From NCBI GenBank assembly GCA_030265395.1, contig JARFYF010000007.1, forward strand, positions 81,699,344 through 81,763,343: a stretch of 64,000 bases of DNA, in the 5' to 3' direction. The notes under the pieces were generated by a model that had not been told where the DNA came from, ran no database searches, and was given only the letters and a program-made list of their open reading frames with translations. Positions 12,316 through 25,016 of this stretch are shown here, in pieces; positions within the stretch are counted from its first letter, which is position 1; every line of letters begins with the position of its first letter. Source of the DNA: Rhina ancylostomus. Taxonomy: Eukaryota. The translations under genes were made by a program, and so were the position numbers.

Positions 12316-12987
12316 AAGAAAATTGTTTATTTATTTTACGAAACATTTTCTGGATAAATCACCTAGTATTGTATCAATTTTAATGAATTCGTTGGAGGTG
12401 ACCATGAATCCTTGTAACAATTCTCTGTAATGTTGACACTTGCACACGTCTGTACCTGATGTGAGAAATGGAGTTTTGCTGTGCACATTGTTGCATCATG
12501 CCTGTCCTTGTAGAATTTGACATTAGATGCTAAAAAGCAAATGGATATTGTCTTCATTTTAAGCATGCAAACTCTAGCATATTTTTGGGGAACTGCTGAG
12601 TGTGATTAATGCCCTGCATTGTTGTAAACTATCAAGGTTTAATAGTTGTTAAGGAGACACTGTTTCTATTGGTCATAGGTTGGCAATCAGAGGGAATAGG
12701 TTTAAAGTTATTGTCAAAAGAACCAGTGGATAGGTAAGAAATGTTATAATGTAGTAGGTTGTGATCCACAATACATTAGCTAAAGGCCTGGCGGAAACTA
12801 ATCCAACATCAGTGTTCAAAAGAGAATCATCTGTAAACTTGGAATATTTTCAGGACTATGAATCAAAATCAGGGCGACCGGGATAAACTGGAGAGCTCTT
12901 TTGGTTAACTTATCATTTGAGAAATCTAAACGATCTCACGGTCTCTTCTGTTAAAGGCTGTATAATTAGATTTTTCTTGTCTTTCAG

Positions 12988-13180
12988 GTAAGACAGATGG
13001 CTGCTGTTTTAATGCGACGAATGCTGTCTGCTTCTTTTGAAGAAGTATTTCCAAGTTTAACCCCTGAGGTACAGAATGCTGTCAAACATGAGCTGCTTCT
13101 AGGTATCCAGATGGAAGGATCATCGAACATCAGGAAGAAGACCTGTGACATTGCAGCAGAGCTCTCTAGGAATCTAATTG
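12988..13180 (+). CDS. IPO5: Importin-5 exon 3
   Basis: TTTCAG| [33 protein letters not shown] |GTTAGT; 193 nt. Confidence 0.95.
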
Positions 13181-14795
13181 GTTAGTAACATGTAATATCT
13201 GAAATTACACAGCGATCTTCATAATTTTTGCCAGTTCAAGGAGTGACGATATTGTTATAAGTGAAGGGTAAACGATACTGGAGGGATGTAAGAAAACCTT
13301 TACAGAGAAGGCAGTTATCACCTAGAACTCACTGCCTGTAAGGGAAATGGAAACAGAATCAATTGAAGCTTTCAAAAGGGAAATTGGACATGCATTTGTG
13401 GGAATAAAATAGAGCCAAGGGGAAAGAGCAGAAGAATGGGACTAGATAGATTGCTTAGTAGGGAGCCAGTCTGACCAATGGGCCAAATGGCTCCAGTGTC
13501 ATTACACTGGAGTTAATGATTCTCTTCCAATTTTCACAGCTGTGGCATTTTATTGAAACTTTTCACCATCTATTCTATGGTGAAGAGCAGAGAAATGATA
13601 AAGGCAAATTGTATCTGAAATTCCATCATGAAATGGAAGAGTATTTGCAGTATTGGGCTCAATCACACCCTATTGTACCAAGATCCCAATTCTTGCCACT
13701 CTGGGCAAAGTATTTCCTTTTAAAATTTATGTTAGAATTATTAATTTCTTGCATTAATTGTTCTTAGATCTCAGCTCCCCATGGTCAGAAACAACATCTT
13801 TATCAGCTCTATTGAACCCCTACACTTTTTTTTAAGAGATTTCTATTGGATCACTCCACACCACTTAAGAAAAGATCCCCTGTCTCTTCGGTGTTAACCA
13901 GCAGCCGGCCCTGCTCCTTATGGCTTGCATGGAGGATGTGCAATAGCACAAACGGTTGGTTTAAATACATCTATTTTGTAAAATCTTTGTTTCCAACTCA
14001 CCTTGTACATTTTGGAAGAGTCATAAGTTGCTAAGGTTAATAGTCTTTGAACTGTTCTGTGCAACATATTACCCCCGCTATTCAGAGCCTGGAGCCGATT
14101 TGAACATGGGAATTGTGCTTTACACTAACTTATTTAGCAATTCTTAAAAGGTAATGGTATCATTAAAAGGTTGAACCTCATGATAAAAAAGGACAGTCAG
14201 AATCTTTGACATGCCATCGGAAGCTGGCCACATGGGCTTAGTGTGGATCGGGTTACTGTGCAGCTTCTCAAAGTCAAGCAAGGGATAGAATACCAGAAAC
14301 ATTATTAATCGTATCTCAGTCCATTGCCGTTCCTTTGAACAATATCAAAGCCGCAGTTGCCTGTAGTAAATCTGCGTCTATCTGGTGACTTTGATAAGAA
14401 TTTCCATGATGTAGAGGAGGTGTTTCTGCATATAGTATAGACAGAAACTTGGGATCATAAATATAAAAAATTACTAATAAATTCAATACTGAATTCTCAA
14501 GAAACCTCATTGCCACACTAAATCACGTGGAATAGTTGAGGAAAAACATAGATGATTTTCAAGGGAGGTTGCATAAATAAATGAAAAAGCAATACAAGGA
14601 TTTGCCAATAAGTTGATAGGAATGACAGAAACAGCTGATGTGGAAAATGTACAACAATATAGTTCCTATGTGATAAATTAACCTTTTATTTAAGTGCAGA
14701 TGCGACTAGCCAGTCAGTCTAAACAGCAGTGAGGGAGCAGTCTGCATGAAGTATTGATCTGTTTCAAGCACAAGATATTGCTTGTTTTTATCTAG

Positions 14796-14898
14796 ATGAT
14801 GATGGCAACAACCAGTGGCCAGAAATTTTGAAATTTCTCTTTGAATCTGTCAGCTCCCAAACTGTGGCATTGCGTGAAGCCGCTCTGCATATTTTCTG
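14796..14898 (+). CDS. IPO5: Importin-5 exon 4
   Basis: TCTAG| [35 protein letters not shown] |GTAAGT. Confidence 0.96.
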
Positions 14899-15219
14899 GT
14901 AAGTTCCTTTTTGTGAAACGCCAGTGTAAGTTTTTGTAGCGTATAGAAGTGTTGCTGAAATAAAATACGATGCAAAAATGTGGTGGAATTAACTGCAGTG
15001 AATGACTGACTCCCAGTCACTTGCTTCACATCCTCATCCCTTCTCTGCCTTTGGCATCAAAGCGTTTGACTTGATTCGATGGTAACCCTTCCACTTCCCG
15101 AGTCTGTGTATATTCACGTTGTAGCTTAGAGACATGGCTTTGTAAAGCAGGTCTGGCACATCAGTGAGCAAACTTTGGTTGAGTCATTAAACCAAGCCTC
15201 CGTTTGCTGTCTGGGTAGA

Positions 15220-15545
15220 TAGACACAGAGAGATGCAGTGTGAAACAGTCCCTTTGGCCCACTGAGTCCTCACTGACCTTCAACCACCTGCTTACACTAA
15301 TGCTGCATTTTTTAAATTCTCCCCATGTTCTCATCAACTCTCCCCAGATTCTACCACTCAACTATACAGTAAGTACCCAATTCATCATCTATCAACTCTC
15401 ACACCTTGATGTGGGAGGAAACAGGAGCACCCTGAAGATTTGCAGGCAGAACGTGTAAATGTCACACAGACAGCATTGGAGGTCAGGATCGAACCTGGTT
15501 CTCTGGTGTGGTGAGGCAGCAGTTCGTGACACTGAGTGTGCCGCT
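15220..15545 (-). mobile_element. V-SINE (HE1-like)
   Basis: GATGTGGGAGGAAACAGGAGCACCC..GAGGTCAGGATCGAACC, the reverse-strand V-core and B-box. Confidence 0.7.
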
Positions 15546-18267
15546 AAAAGATCTTCTGGCATGATTTGGGGAAAATAACAGCAGAATTCACCCCATGGTC
15601 CTGATTACTGTGAATTCTTCACCAGTATTGATTAAAAAGATTACCTTCTCAACAATCCACTGCTATTTGTACAGCCCATTGGTGTGGAAGTTGGGAATCC
15701 TGTTCCTCTACATTTTTGATGCCATTTGCCAAATGCTTTATTAGTTGTGAAGTACTTTGGGGTATTCTATGGTTCTGAAAGGAATTGTGTAACTGTAATG
15801 GATGATGTTGGAGCTCATGACTGTCCCACCTAACTGATCATCTCAATGGGAGAGTTCAAAAGGAAGAAACTGCAGCAATTTGGAGTTTTTCAATTAAGGT
15901 GGAAATGTAGTTGAAGCAGCTGTTGGCCTTACAGAGAAGACTTAATGTTTCTGTTCAAAATAATTAGTTTGGTTTAGGAGGAGGTTATTTGATTATCACT
16001 TGTGCATGTCAAAAGCAATAATGTTGCCTTAGTGGAAATCTGGAACACCTGTCAAAATCTTCATAACTCGCATCAATGGAATATTATCATTGACTTGAAA
16101 CATTAATTTTTCTTCCCTCCATTGAAGCTGGCTGTCTTGCGGAGTATTTCCAGTATCTTCTGTCTCCTTAATTTCGGAATCCCAGCATGTTTTAAAAATC
16201 TTCATTTGTGTAATGATGTGAAGGAATGTGGAACATACGCAGGCTGACGGAGTTGAGTTCCCATCAGGCATGTTTTAATGAGTGCTAGAATGAGTTTGAG
16301 GGGCTGAATGGTAGTGCCCTGTTATAACTTTTTTAAAAAAAGCAGTGCTGAAGATGCTCTGTGGATCTGGGAAGATCTGCAAATAAAGGGTAATGGAGAC
16401 AAGACTCCAGGTGCTATCATATGGAACAAGAGACAAACTGCTGGAGGAAGTCAGCAGCCAGCCAACATCTGTGGAGGCAAAGGGATAGTCGACGGTTCTG
16501 GTTGAGACTCTGCAAAGGAGTGGTTAATGCTTTGGGTCAAGGTGTTCTCATGTCCCAGTGCACTTTGGTGTGATTAATATCATATGTCAGATCATTGCAT
16601 TTATTTGCAAAACTGTTTGATTAATATAGGTTTAGCTTCATTGAATGCAGCACAGCTTCAGTTCTTACCCATAATTGCTTAGTTGACGTAGTTCTTTGTT
16701 TTTAGTTTTGGCTATAATAAAACTGAGTGTAAGTTGGTATTGAAATCTGAGCCGACTGTTTTGGAACAGTAGAACATAGTTGCTCTGAGCCGGTTGGTAA
16801 ATATTTGTACAGGAACGTGGGAACGTGAGTAGGACGCTTATTCCCTTGAGTCCGTTCTGTCATTTGATTAACTCGTGGCTGATCTTAAGTCTTTCTACCC
16901 CACTCTGTTTCTATGATCCTCAGTACTCTGACCTAACCAAAATCTACCAATCTGTTTTAAACATTTGAAACTGGCTCCTAGCAATGGTTGAAGGGATAGG
17001 GAGCAGGTGCTGTGGGGAGAACCCAATCCAGATTTCCCCAGTCCTCTATATGAAGAAATGTTTCTTAACATTTTCTGGGTTCCCCTACCGGAGGTCTCTT
17101 CATCCAGTTCGTGAGCTCTCTAATAATTGTCTCAAATACCTAAATTATATCACTCTTGGGTTGTGTGTTTGCTCCTACCATTTTGAAGAATGATTTTTTT
17201 TGTAAACTAAAGTGATTTTATTAATCTTGGTAATCTGGATTTGGTCATTGCTTTACCCTAGTAGTAGGTCGAAAATTATGAAGGAAAAGTTTGTTTTAAA
17301 ATTCCTGCAATGGTGAATTGATGCTGTTTAATCCACCTTTGTTTTAACAGTTTACTTAATGTTATTTACATATTCCTTTCTTTTTTAACATTAAATTTGA
17401 AAGCCTTCTCTTGACTCTCAGTGTGGAATCTAAATGTAATCAATCTGGCATGAACTGTTTTCCAGCATCAACCTACTGAAATGTGATCTTGACAAGTGAG
17501 TCTTGTACTGTGCACTGCTTTTGATGCAGTCTCTGAGATCTGGAATGAATTAAAAGGAACATGAGTGGAAAAGTGAGATTGTTTTCAAATCTTCATGCCA
17601 TGAGCTTGCAGGATTGCTGCAGTTTTGTTAGGTGTCATTTTGTTTCAGTTTGTTATTAGATCATTATTCTGTCCTAAGCTTCTGGTTGGTACACACGCCA
17701 GTGTATTTACAATGGAAACCTTTTGTACATAGCATACTGGAAAAATGAGATTTCACTTCAGTGTGGTTCAGTTCCCCACCATCTGGAATAAGAGGAGATG
17801 CTCAGCATTTCGGGCATTATCTCTGAGGAGAAAAGCAGAATTAATGTTTCAGGTTAGTTACCTTTGGTACAGAGCCAGGGAAAGTAGCAAGAGAAGGAGA
17901 GAACACAATTGAAAGGCTACAACAGGGTGGAGGGGAAAGTTGGTTCAGTATCAAAAATGGTGACAGTAGAACAGTTGAAGGGGCTGGTACTGAGGGTATT
18001 CTCAGTTGGGTTTGTCTTGACTGTGAAGTTCATTTTATTTTTTTTTTAAAAAGCTGTTGGACAGTCCAGATCTCTGGTTTTGACCAGAGATTTTGACTGC
18101 TCTTCCCTCCACAGGTGCTGCCTGACCCACTGAGTTCCACCAGCAGCTCATTTTTTTGCTCCAGATTCCAGAACCTGCAGTATCTTACGTCTTCATTTCA
18201 GTCAAATGCACATTGGCTCATGAGTTAACTCTAAAACTTATAATAATGGAAGGTTATTGTTTAATAG

Positions 18268-18364
18268 GAATTTCCCTGGAATCTTTGGAAACCAGCAACA
18301 ACATTATCTTGAAGTCATCAAGCGCATGTTGCTGCAGTGTATGCAGGACCAGGAAAACACAACG
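18268..18364 (+). CDS. IPO5: Importin-5 exon 5
   Basis: AATAG| [32 protein letters not shown] |GTAAAG. Confidence 0.96.
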
Positions 18365-18529
18365 GTAAAGGCTACTATTGGTGGTTATTACTGCTACCTA
18401 CTCTTATCATGCACTTTACAATAGCCATATCTGTGTTTTAGATTTCTGCTATAGTGAAGTTGTGATAAAATGTGAGCATTTTTCACTTAAAGTTATGCAA
18501 AACAACCTTATTCTCAATAAATGTGTAGT

Positions 18530-18735
18530 ATGTTCTCTTGTGAGTCAGAAGGTTGTGGTTTCAAGACCCACATGAAAAACTTAGCATATAATCTTTGGGT
18601 GGTGCTCTACCACAGTACTGAGGGAGTAGTGCACAGTTAGAGTTGCTTGTTTTGGGTAAGATGTTGAACTGATGCCCTCTTGGCTGACTGCAAAAGATCT
18701 CAGCACCATGCTGCAGAAGAGCAGGTGAATTGGGC
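18530..18735 (+). mobile_element. DeuSINE/SacSINE1-like SINE, 5' part
   Basis: GAGTCAGAAGGTTGTGG..TCAAGACCCAC..CAGTACTGAGGGAGT..AAAGATC; related copies at ~4130-4470, ~19985-20170, ~34320-34865, ~48000-48385, ~53340-53650 and ~56095-56350. Confidence 0.6.
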
Positions 18736-19169
18736 TTCTGTAAGAGCATAAAGAAAAGGTGCTGATCTGGGCCATTTGGCCTTTCAAGCATGTTCTCCAA
18801 AGTCTCCGCATCCTTCCTGAGGTGTGGTGACCAGAGCTCCAAGCATGGCCTAACTAGTTTTATACAGCTGCAGCCTGACTTGCTAAATTTTGTACTCAGC
18901 ACACTTGCAGATGGGAGTNNNNNNNNNNTGCACAGTGAAATGCATTTTTTGTGTAGAGTGTTCTGGGGGCAGCCCGCAAGTGTCACCACACTTCTGGCGC
19001 CAACGTAGCACGCCCACAACTTCCTAACCATACATCAATGCTCCCAAGGGTCCTGCCATTTGCTGTTCTTTATGAAACCTGGGAAGGTTTAATTGTAGAC
19101 TTCCAGACACCCACGTACTGTGAATGAATTTAAAAAAGGAGTGGTATGCTATTACGATGGCAAGGTTTT

Positions 19170-19490
19170 GCCAAATCCACCTTTTTTCCCCAGTGTAGTG
19201 GAGTCTAAAACTAGAGGATATAAATTTAAGGTGAGAGGGGAAAGATTTAAAAGGAACCTATGGAGCAACTTTTTTTTACACAAAGGCTGGTAGGATTATG
19301 GAGTGAGCTGCCAGAGGAAGTGGTACAATTACAATGCTTAAAACATATTTGGACAGGTACATGGATAGGATATGGAAAGGTTTAGAGGGATTTGGGCCAA
19401 ATGCAGTCAACTGGGATCAGCTCAAGTTGGCAACTTGGTCGACATGGGCGAGTTGAGCCAAAAGACCCATTTCCATGCTGACTCTCTGCA
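19170..19490 (+). mobile_element. CR1-type LINE 3' end
   Basis: GAGTCTAAAACTAGAGGATATAAATTTAAGGTGAGAGGGGAAAGATTTAAA..GGACAGGTACATGGATAGG. Confidence 0.75.
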
Positions 19491-20884
19491 AAGCAGCATC
19501 TGTTAATGTATCACTGCTGCATATCAAAAGAGCCATTCCTGTGAAATGTGCTGTTCGTTAAAAACTATGAATAGGACTGAGTTTTTTTAAGTTGCCAATT
19601 GGCACACAATGTGCTCATTTTAGAACCCTAGCTCTTGGTCAGCATGGGCGTGTTGGGCTGAAGGGCCTGTTTCTGTGGTGTATTACTCTGATTACTTCAT
19701 TGCTAATGTTCCAGCTCGATGTCATTTTCCTGCATTAATCTCTAGATTCCTTTAATGTTCAGAAATGTATTGATCTGTTTTGAATGAGCTCAAAAGCTGA
19801 GCCTCACAGGCCCCAGGAGAAAGAATTCCATAGATTCATTCCCCTCTTTCTGAAGAGCATTCTAATCTTGGGCTTAATTGGCCTTCCCTGTATTCTGAGA
19901 CAGACTCCCTGGTTCTGATGTCCTCAGCCAAGGAAAATAAACTTCTTGCCTCTGGTTTCCTGATTTAAAAAAAATTATTCTCAATCAGTATACTTTGCTG
20001 AAGAAACCCTTGATCTGGTCATTATCACACTGCTGTTTGCATGAATTGGCTGTGTGCAGCTGGGGTACTGCATTCCCTTTACAACAGCTACTAGTCTTCA
20101 GAAGTGCTTCATTGGCTGTAAACTAGTTCGGGATACGATGAGGTTCTGAGAGATGCTATATACGTCGATTCTTCTCCAAGGTGAAGTGAGCATGAAATGA
20201 ATAGGTAGTGGAATCGCGAAAATTCCCATGTCCTCCCTTTGCAGTTGTGCATTTTCATTCGTTCACTTATTGTTTTAACAAAGTAAGTACCTATTACTGC
20301 ACCTAACTGTTGTACAAGTTGCTTCTGGCTGCAACACATTAACTTGAAAAAAAACATTTCAATTTCTAATGTAAATGAATTTATTATTTTAGCTATTTTA
20401 AAATTCTTTGAAGGATCTGACTTTGTATATCTTGGTAAATTCCAAATGTAGATTCACAGATGTACAACATGGAAACAGGCCCTTTTGCCCAACTCACCCG
20501 TACAACCACGATGTCTTTCTGAGCTAGTCCCATTTGCCTGCATTTTGCCTATATCCCTTTAAACTACTAGCAAATTTTATTTCTAAAATGCACGTCTAAG
20601 ACGGATTTGCACATTCAAATAAGTTTTAAACTTGAAGGAAATTCAATTGGTAGCTACTGTTGAATAATAAAATGGTTAGGTGTTTATAGCTTGAAATAAA
20701 AATCTTGAGAGGATATAAATTATGTAACTTAATGAAGAGGCACAGAATATAGAATCAGCATTGTGAATGGAAGTTTATAACTCAAGTTATATTGGAAGTC
20801 AATAGGTTGCTTCTACACAGCACTTTTAAAGCAGTATAATATCTCTGGGGTTTTTATCTGTATCATCAAATAAAACCTTGCTGC

Positions 20885-21535
20885 AGTTCATAGGTGTAAA
20901 TATCACCAATAGCTTGTCCTGGTCCAGCCATATAGACACTGTGGCCAAGAAGGCACCTCTCTCTCAAAGGTTAAGGAAATTCAGCATGTCCCCTCTGACC
21001 CTTCCCAATTTTTACAAATGCACCACAGAAAACATCCCATCCAGATGCATCACAGCTTGGTACGGCAAGTGCTCTGCCCAAGACCACAAGAAATTGCAGC
21101 GAGTAGTGAACACAGCCCAGTTTATCACAAAAATCTGCCTCCCCTCCATTAACTCTGTCTACGTTTCCTGCTGCCTCAGGAAAGCAGCCAAGGACCCCAC
21201 CCACCCTGGACATTCTCTCTTCTCCCCCTTCCGTTGGACAGAAGATACAGAAGCTTAAAAACACATACCACCAGGCTTAAGGGCACTCTTGAACAGAACT
21301 CTTGTACGATAAAGTTGAACTCTTGATCTCTCAATCTACCTTGTCTTGGCCGTTGCACCTTGTTGTCTGCTTACACTGCACTTTCTCTGTAACTAACACT
21401 ATATTCTGCATTCTATTATTGCTTTTCCTTTTGTATTACTTTGATGTGCTAATGTTTGGAATGATCTGTCTGGATGGCATGCAAAACAAAGCTTTTCACT
21501 GTGTTTTGGTACATGTGATAATAATAAACCAATTA
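20885..21535 (+). mobile_element. Rex1/Babar-type LINE 3' fragment
   Basis: FIGVNITNSLSWSSHIDTVAKKA..LRKFSM..NFYKCT.E....CITAWYG.CSAQDHKKLQRVV; tail ends AATAAACCAATTACCA. Confidence 0.75.
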
Positions 21536-21879
21536 CCACTGGTAAGCGGGTGTGTACATTTTAATGGGCATCAAAGGAAAGAGTCAAGGGTTCAAGGAAA
21601 TTTCAGAACACTGGCGGGATCTTGGGGTCCTGATGCCTTGTCCACAAGTAGTGGGGTGATGAATAATGGGTGGTGTGTATGCAGCCAGAAATGGAGAGTG
21701 CATTACATGGCCCAAGAGGACTGGAGATGGGAGGGATGAGGCACACAATCAATGGAGTATGTATTCTGTTGGTAAATTTGTCTTTCCTTTGCTCACTGTT
21801 GTACTTTATTTGAGTATGGCATTGATTGTATCTTCCAAAGGTTTTCATGCTGTTCTGTCCGTATGGCTTTCCTTCATAG

Positions 21880-21984
21880 ATTCGAATGCTGGCTGCCAGA
21901 GCTGCTGCGGCATTTGTTCTAGCAAATGAGAGCAATGCTCCCTTGCAAAAGCACTTCGCCGACATGCTGCCTGGAATTCTACAG
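21880..21984 (+). CDS. IPO5: Importin-5 exon 6
   Basis: CATAG| [35 protein letters not shown] |GTAATT. Confidence 0.95.
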
Positions 21985-23102
21985 GTAATTTTTCTTTCTA
22001 CTGTTTTGTGAAGGTGCTTGAAATTTACCAATCTGTGCATTTATTTTTAAATCATTCATTATATGAGTCCTATGAAGGCAAACTCATTTTAAATAACCAA
22101 CGAGTCTGTGAGCAAATAACATTTGTTGTGTATTCTGACAACTTGCTACTGAAGGAGTAGTTGATGGGATAACTGGAGAGGTATTTCTGCTTGTGGGAGA
22201 ATCCATGGCAAGTAATTGTAAATGCAAGGTTGACATTGTTAAATTTAATGGAAAACTCTGGTGGTGTGGGGAGGGCTGGCAGAATTTTTTACCCAGAGAA
22301 TGGTTGGAATGTGGAACATTGTAAAGTAGTTGAGGCAAATGACATTGGTACATCTAAGAGGACTTAAGGTAAATTTGAAGGAGAAAAGAATGGAACATAT
22401 TGGAAAAGAGGGCAGAGATGAGACTTGTGTGGACCTGTATAGAGCTTTTGGGCTGAAAACCCTGTTTCAGTGCTGTACCTTCAGTGTAATTAATCCTTGT
22501 TTCTTTGTGAATTTTTTATGTAATAGTGGAGGCTTTTGAGCAGTGAATGTTACACTGAGGAGCAATTCAATAAACAAATATCTTGGAATTAAGAGATGCC
22601 ATACAGAAGTAAAATATCCAAAGGTGCCTTGTAGGAATGTAATCAGACAAAAGTTGATATCGGGCATCAATAGTACCAGTGACGGAATGTTTGGCTGAAG
22701 AGATGAGATTTAAGGATGTTTTGGAGGACAGCGGGCGAGGGCAAGAATTGCAGAGCATGTGGCCTGGGCAGTTGAAGACATAGGTCCCAGTGGAGAGGTG
22801 AAGGAAATTCAGGACTTGCAAAATCTTGGAGTCAATGAAATGTTGGGGTGAACTGGGTAAATTTTGTGTTAATGGTAAACTACTCAGTAGTTCAGGTATT
22901 ATCTATGGAGAGAGAAACAAGGTTAACATTTTTAGGTCAATAAACATTCATTAGGATCTGAAGCAGTAATTGTTTCGCTCTCCAAAGGTGCTGCCTTATC
23001 TGCTGCGTGTTTGCAACACTTTGTTTCAGTTTTCCCTCATCTGTAGCATTCTGCTCCTTGAAATGAGTCTCTGCATTGCAATTGAGGGCAACTAGTACCC
23101 CT

Positions 23103-23600
23103 GACACACACAATCCTGCAGATGCTGGAATCTGGAGCAATATACACACTGCTGGAGGAACTCAGCAGGTCAGGCAGCATCTATGGAGNNNNNNNNNNNN
23201 NNNNNNNNNNNNNNNNNNNNNNNNNNNNNNNNNNNNNNNNNNNNNNNNNNNNNNNNNNNNNNNNNNNNNNNNNNNNNNAAGAGGGCAGAAGGCGGAGTAA
23301 GAAGGTAGGGAGGGGAGTACGTGCAGGCAGGGGATAGGTGAGCTCAGGTGAGAGGGGGAAGGTAGGTGGGGGGGAGAGAAGATGTAATAAGCTGGGAGGT
23401 GATAGGTAGAAGAGGCAAACAGCTGAAGGAGGAGGAATCCAGTAGGAGAGGGTAGTGGGCCATGGAATAAAGGATAGGAGAGGATACGGGCAGGTTATCA
23501 AGATGGGCAAAGGAGCCACAGGAGTGGGAGGGAAGAAAAAGGGTGGGGTTACTAGAAGTTGGAGAAATCTACATTGAGACAATCAGATGGAGACTCCCAA
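23103..23600 (-). mobile_element. Penelope-like element 3' fragment (GIY-YIG C-terminus, pyrimidine-rich UTR, terminal motif)
   Basis: The minus strand of 23552-23600 reads approximately LGSLH.DCLNVDFSNF* with frameshifts, like the L..L.P.G.N tail of PLE endonucleases. It is flanked by the 13-bp direct repeat AACTAGTACCCCT. Confidence 0.6.
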
Positions 23601-23799
23601 CACTTTATTTACTAGAACAAACTAGTACCCCTAATTTAAAGAGAGTCTGTTAGTGTCGGATTATGTTTTGTTGGTTGTTCATTCTGAAAATACAGGTTGC
23701 GGTGTTTCTCTGACATATCTATTGTTCAGTTGACCTCCAGTGCCAGTATGTTAACACATTACGGTTACTTTTTATTCCTCAACTTTGTCATTGTTTTAG

Positions 23800-23922
23800 G
23801 CTGTCAATGACTCCTGTTATCAAAATGATGATTCTGTGCTGAAGTCTTTGGTGGAGCTTGCAGACACGGCACCGAAATATTTGCGTCCTCATCTTGAGCC
23901 AACCTTAACATTGAGCCTCAAG
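23800..23922 (+). CDS. IPO5: Importin-5 exon 7
   Basis: TTTAG| [41 protein letters not shown] |GTCAGC. Confidence 0.96.
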
Positions 23923-24895
23923 GTCAGCCCTGTGAAGATTTCTGTTTTTCCTATTTTAAAGTATGTTGGTAAACCTATAAATGTATCCTCTTCTGGAGTG
24001 CAGTAGGTTGGATTTGGTACTTGTATATCAAACGTTCAACTCATTGCTGACTATTTGGTCATATGTCCCAGGATAGTATTCACAGATTAATACAATTTAG
24101 GAGATATCCTAATTGTAGCTTTGCATTTTAAAATTTTAGGAGTATTTTGGGGGACTTATTTTTAGCATGACCCAGTACAGAAGATTGAGGTAGTGGCAGA
24201 GCAGTTAAATTAATGGTGTATTAATCCAGAAACCTGGACCAATGATCTTGTGGCATGAGTTCAGATCGNNNNNNNNNNTCAGGAACAATTTAAAAAGCTA
24301 CTCTCAGTAACGGTGAGCATAAAACCACCCGATTGTGGTTTTAAAGATCCATCTGTTCACTGATGTCCAACAAGGATGGCAATCTGTCACCCTTCCCAGT
24401 CTGGGCTGTGTTTGACTCCAGGTCTATGTAATGTTGCTATCTCCTAAATGCCCCTCAGAATGAGCCCTCCAAGAGATTTGATGATCTGGAGGGCGATGCA
24501 CTATCAGTTCCAGATTTAAAAAAATACATGCTTTATCAGGAATATCTGCCCACTAAATTTTTTTTCTGAAGAAGTAATCTACCACTTTAATGTCAGACAT
24601 GTATTTATGTATATTGATAATAGTTGGGTGTTATAGACTAATTTTAACTTGTGGCTGTGAGCGTCATGTTAAATTGTGAAGCAGTATAATGGCCCATATC
24701 ACAAGGGAGAAGGAAAGGGTCTGTGAGATGATCAGTTTTGAAAGCAGGTGATCTTTCCCTTGTTTCTCATTGGGACTTCATTTTTTTTTAATGTTTAGAG
24801 GTAGTTGTGCTTTAAAAAAATTATTAAATTTGTTTGCTTTATGATCTTGGCATATGATGTCTTGTTAATGGTGATGTTCCCTTTCTAACTTACAG

Positions 24896-25016
24896 CTCTG
24901 TGCAGACACCAATCTGCAAAACATGCAGCGTCAGCTGGCACTAGAGGTAATAGTGACTCTGTCGGAGACTGCCTCTGCCATGTTAAGAAAGCATAGCAAT
25001 ATTGTGTCACAAGCCA
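24896..25016 (+). CDS. IPO5: Importin-5 exon 8
   Basis: TACAG| [40 protein letters not shown] |GTAAGT. Confidence 0.96.
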
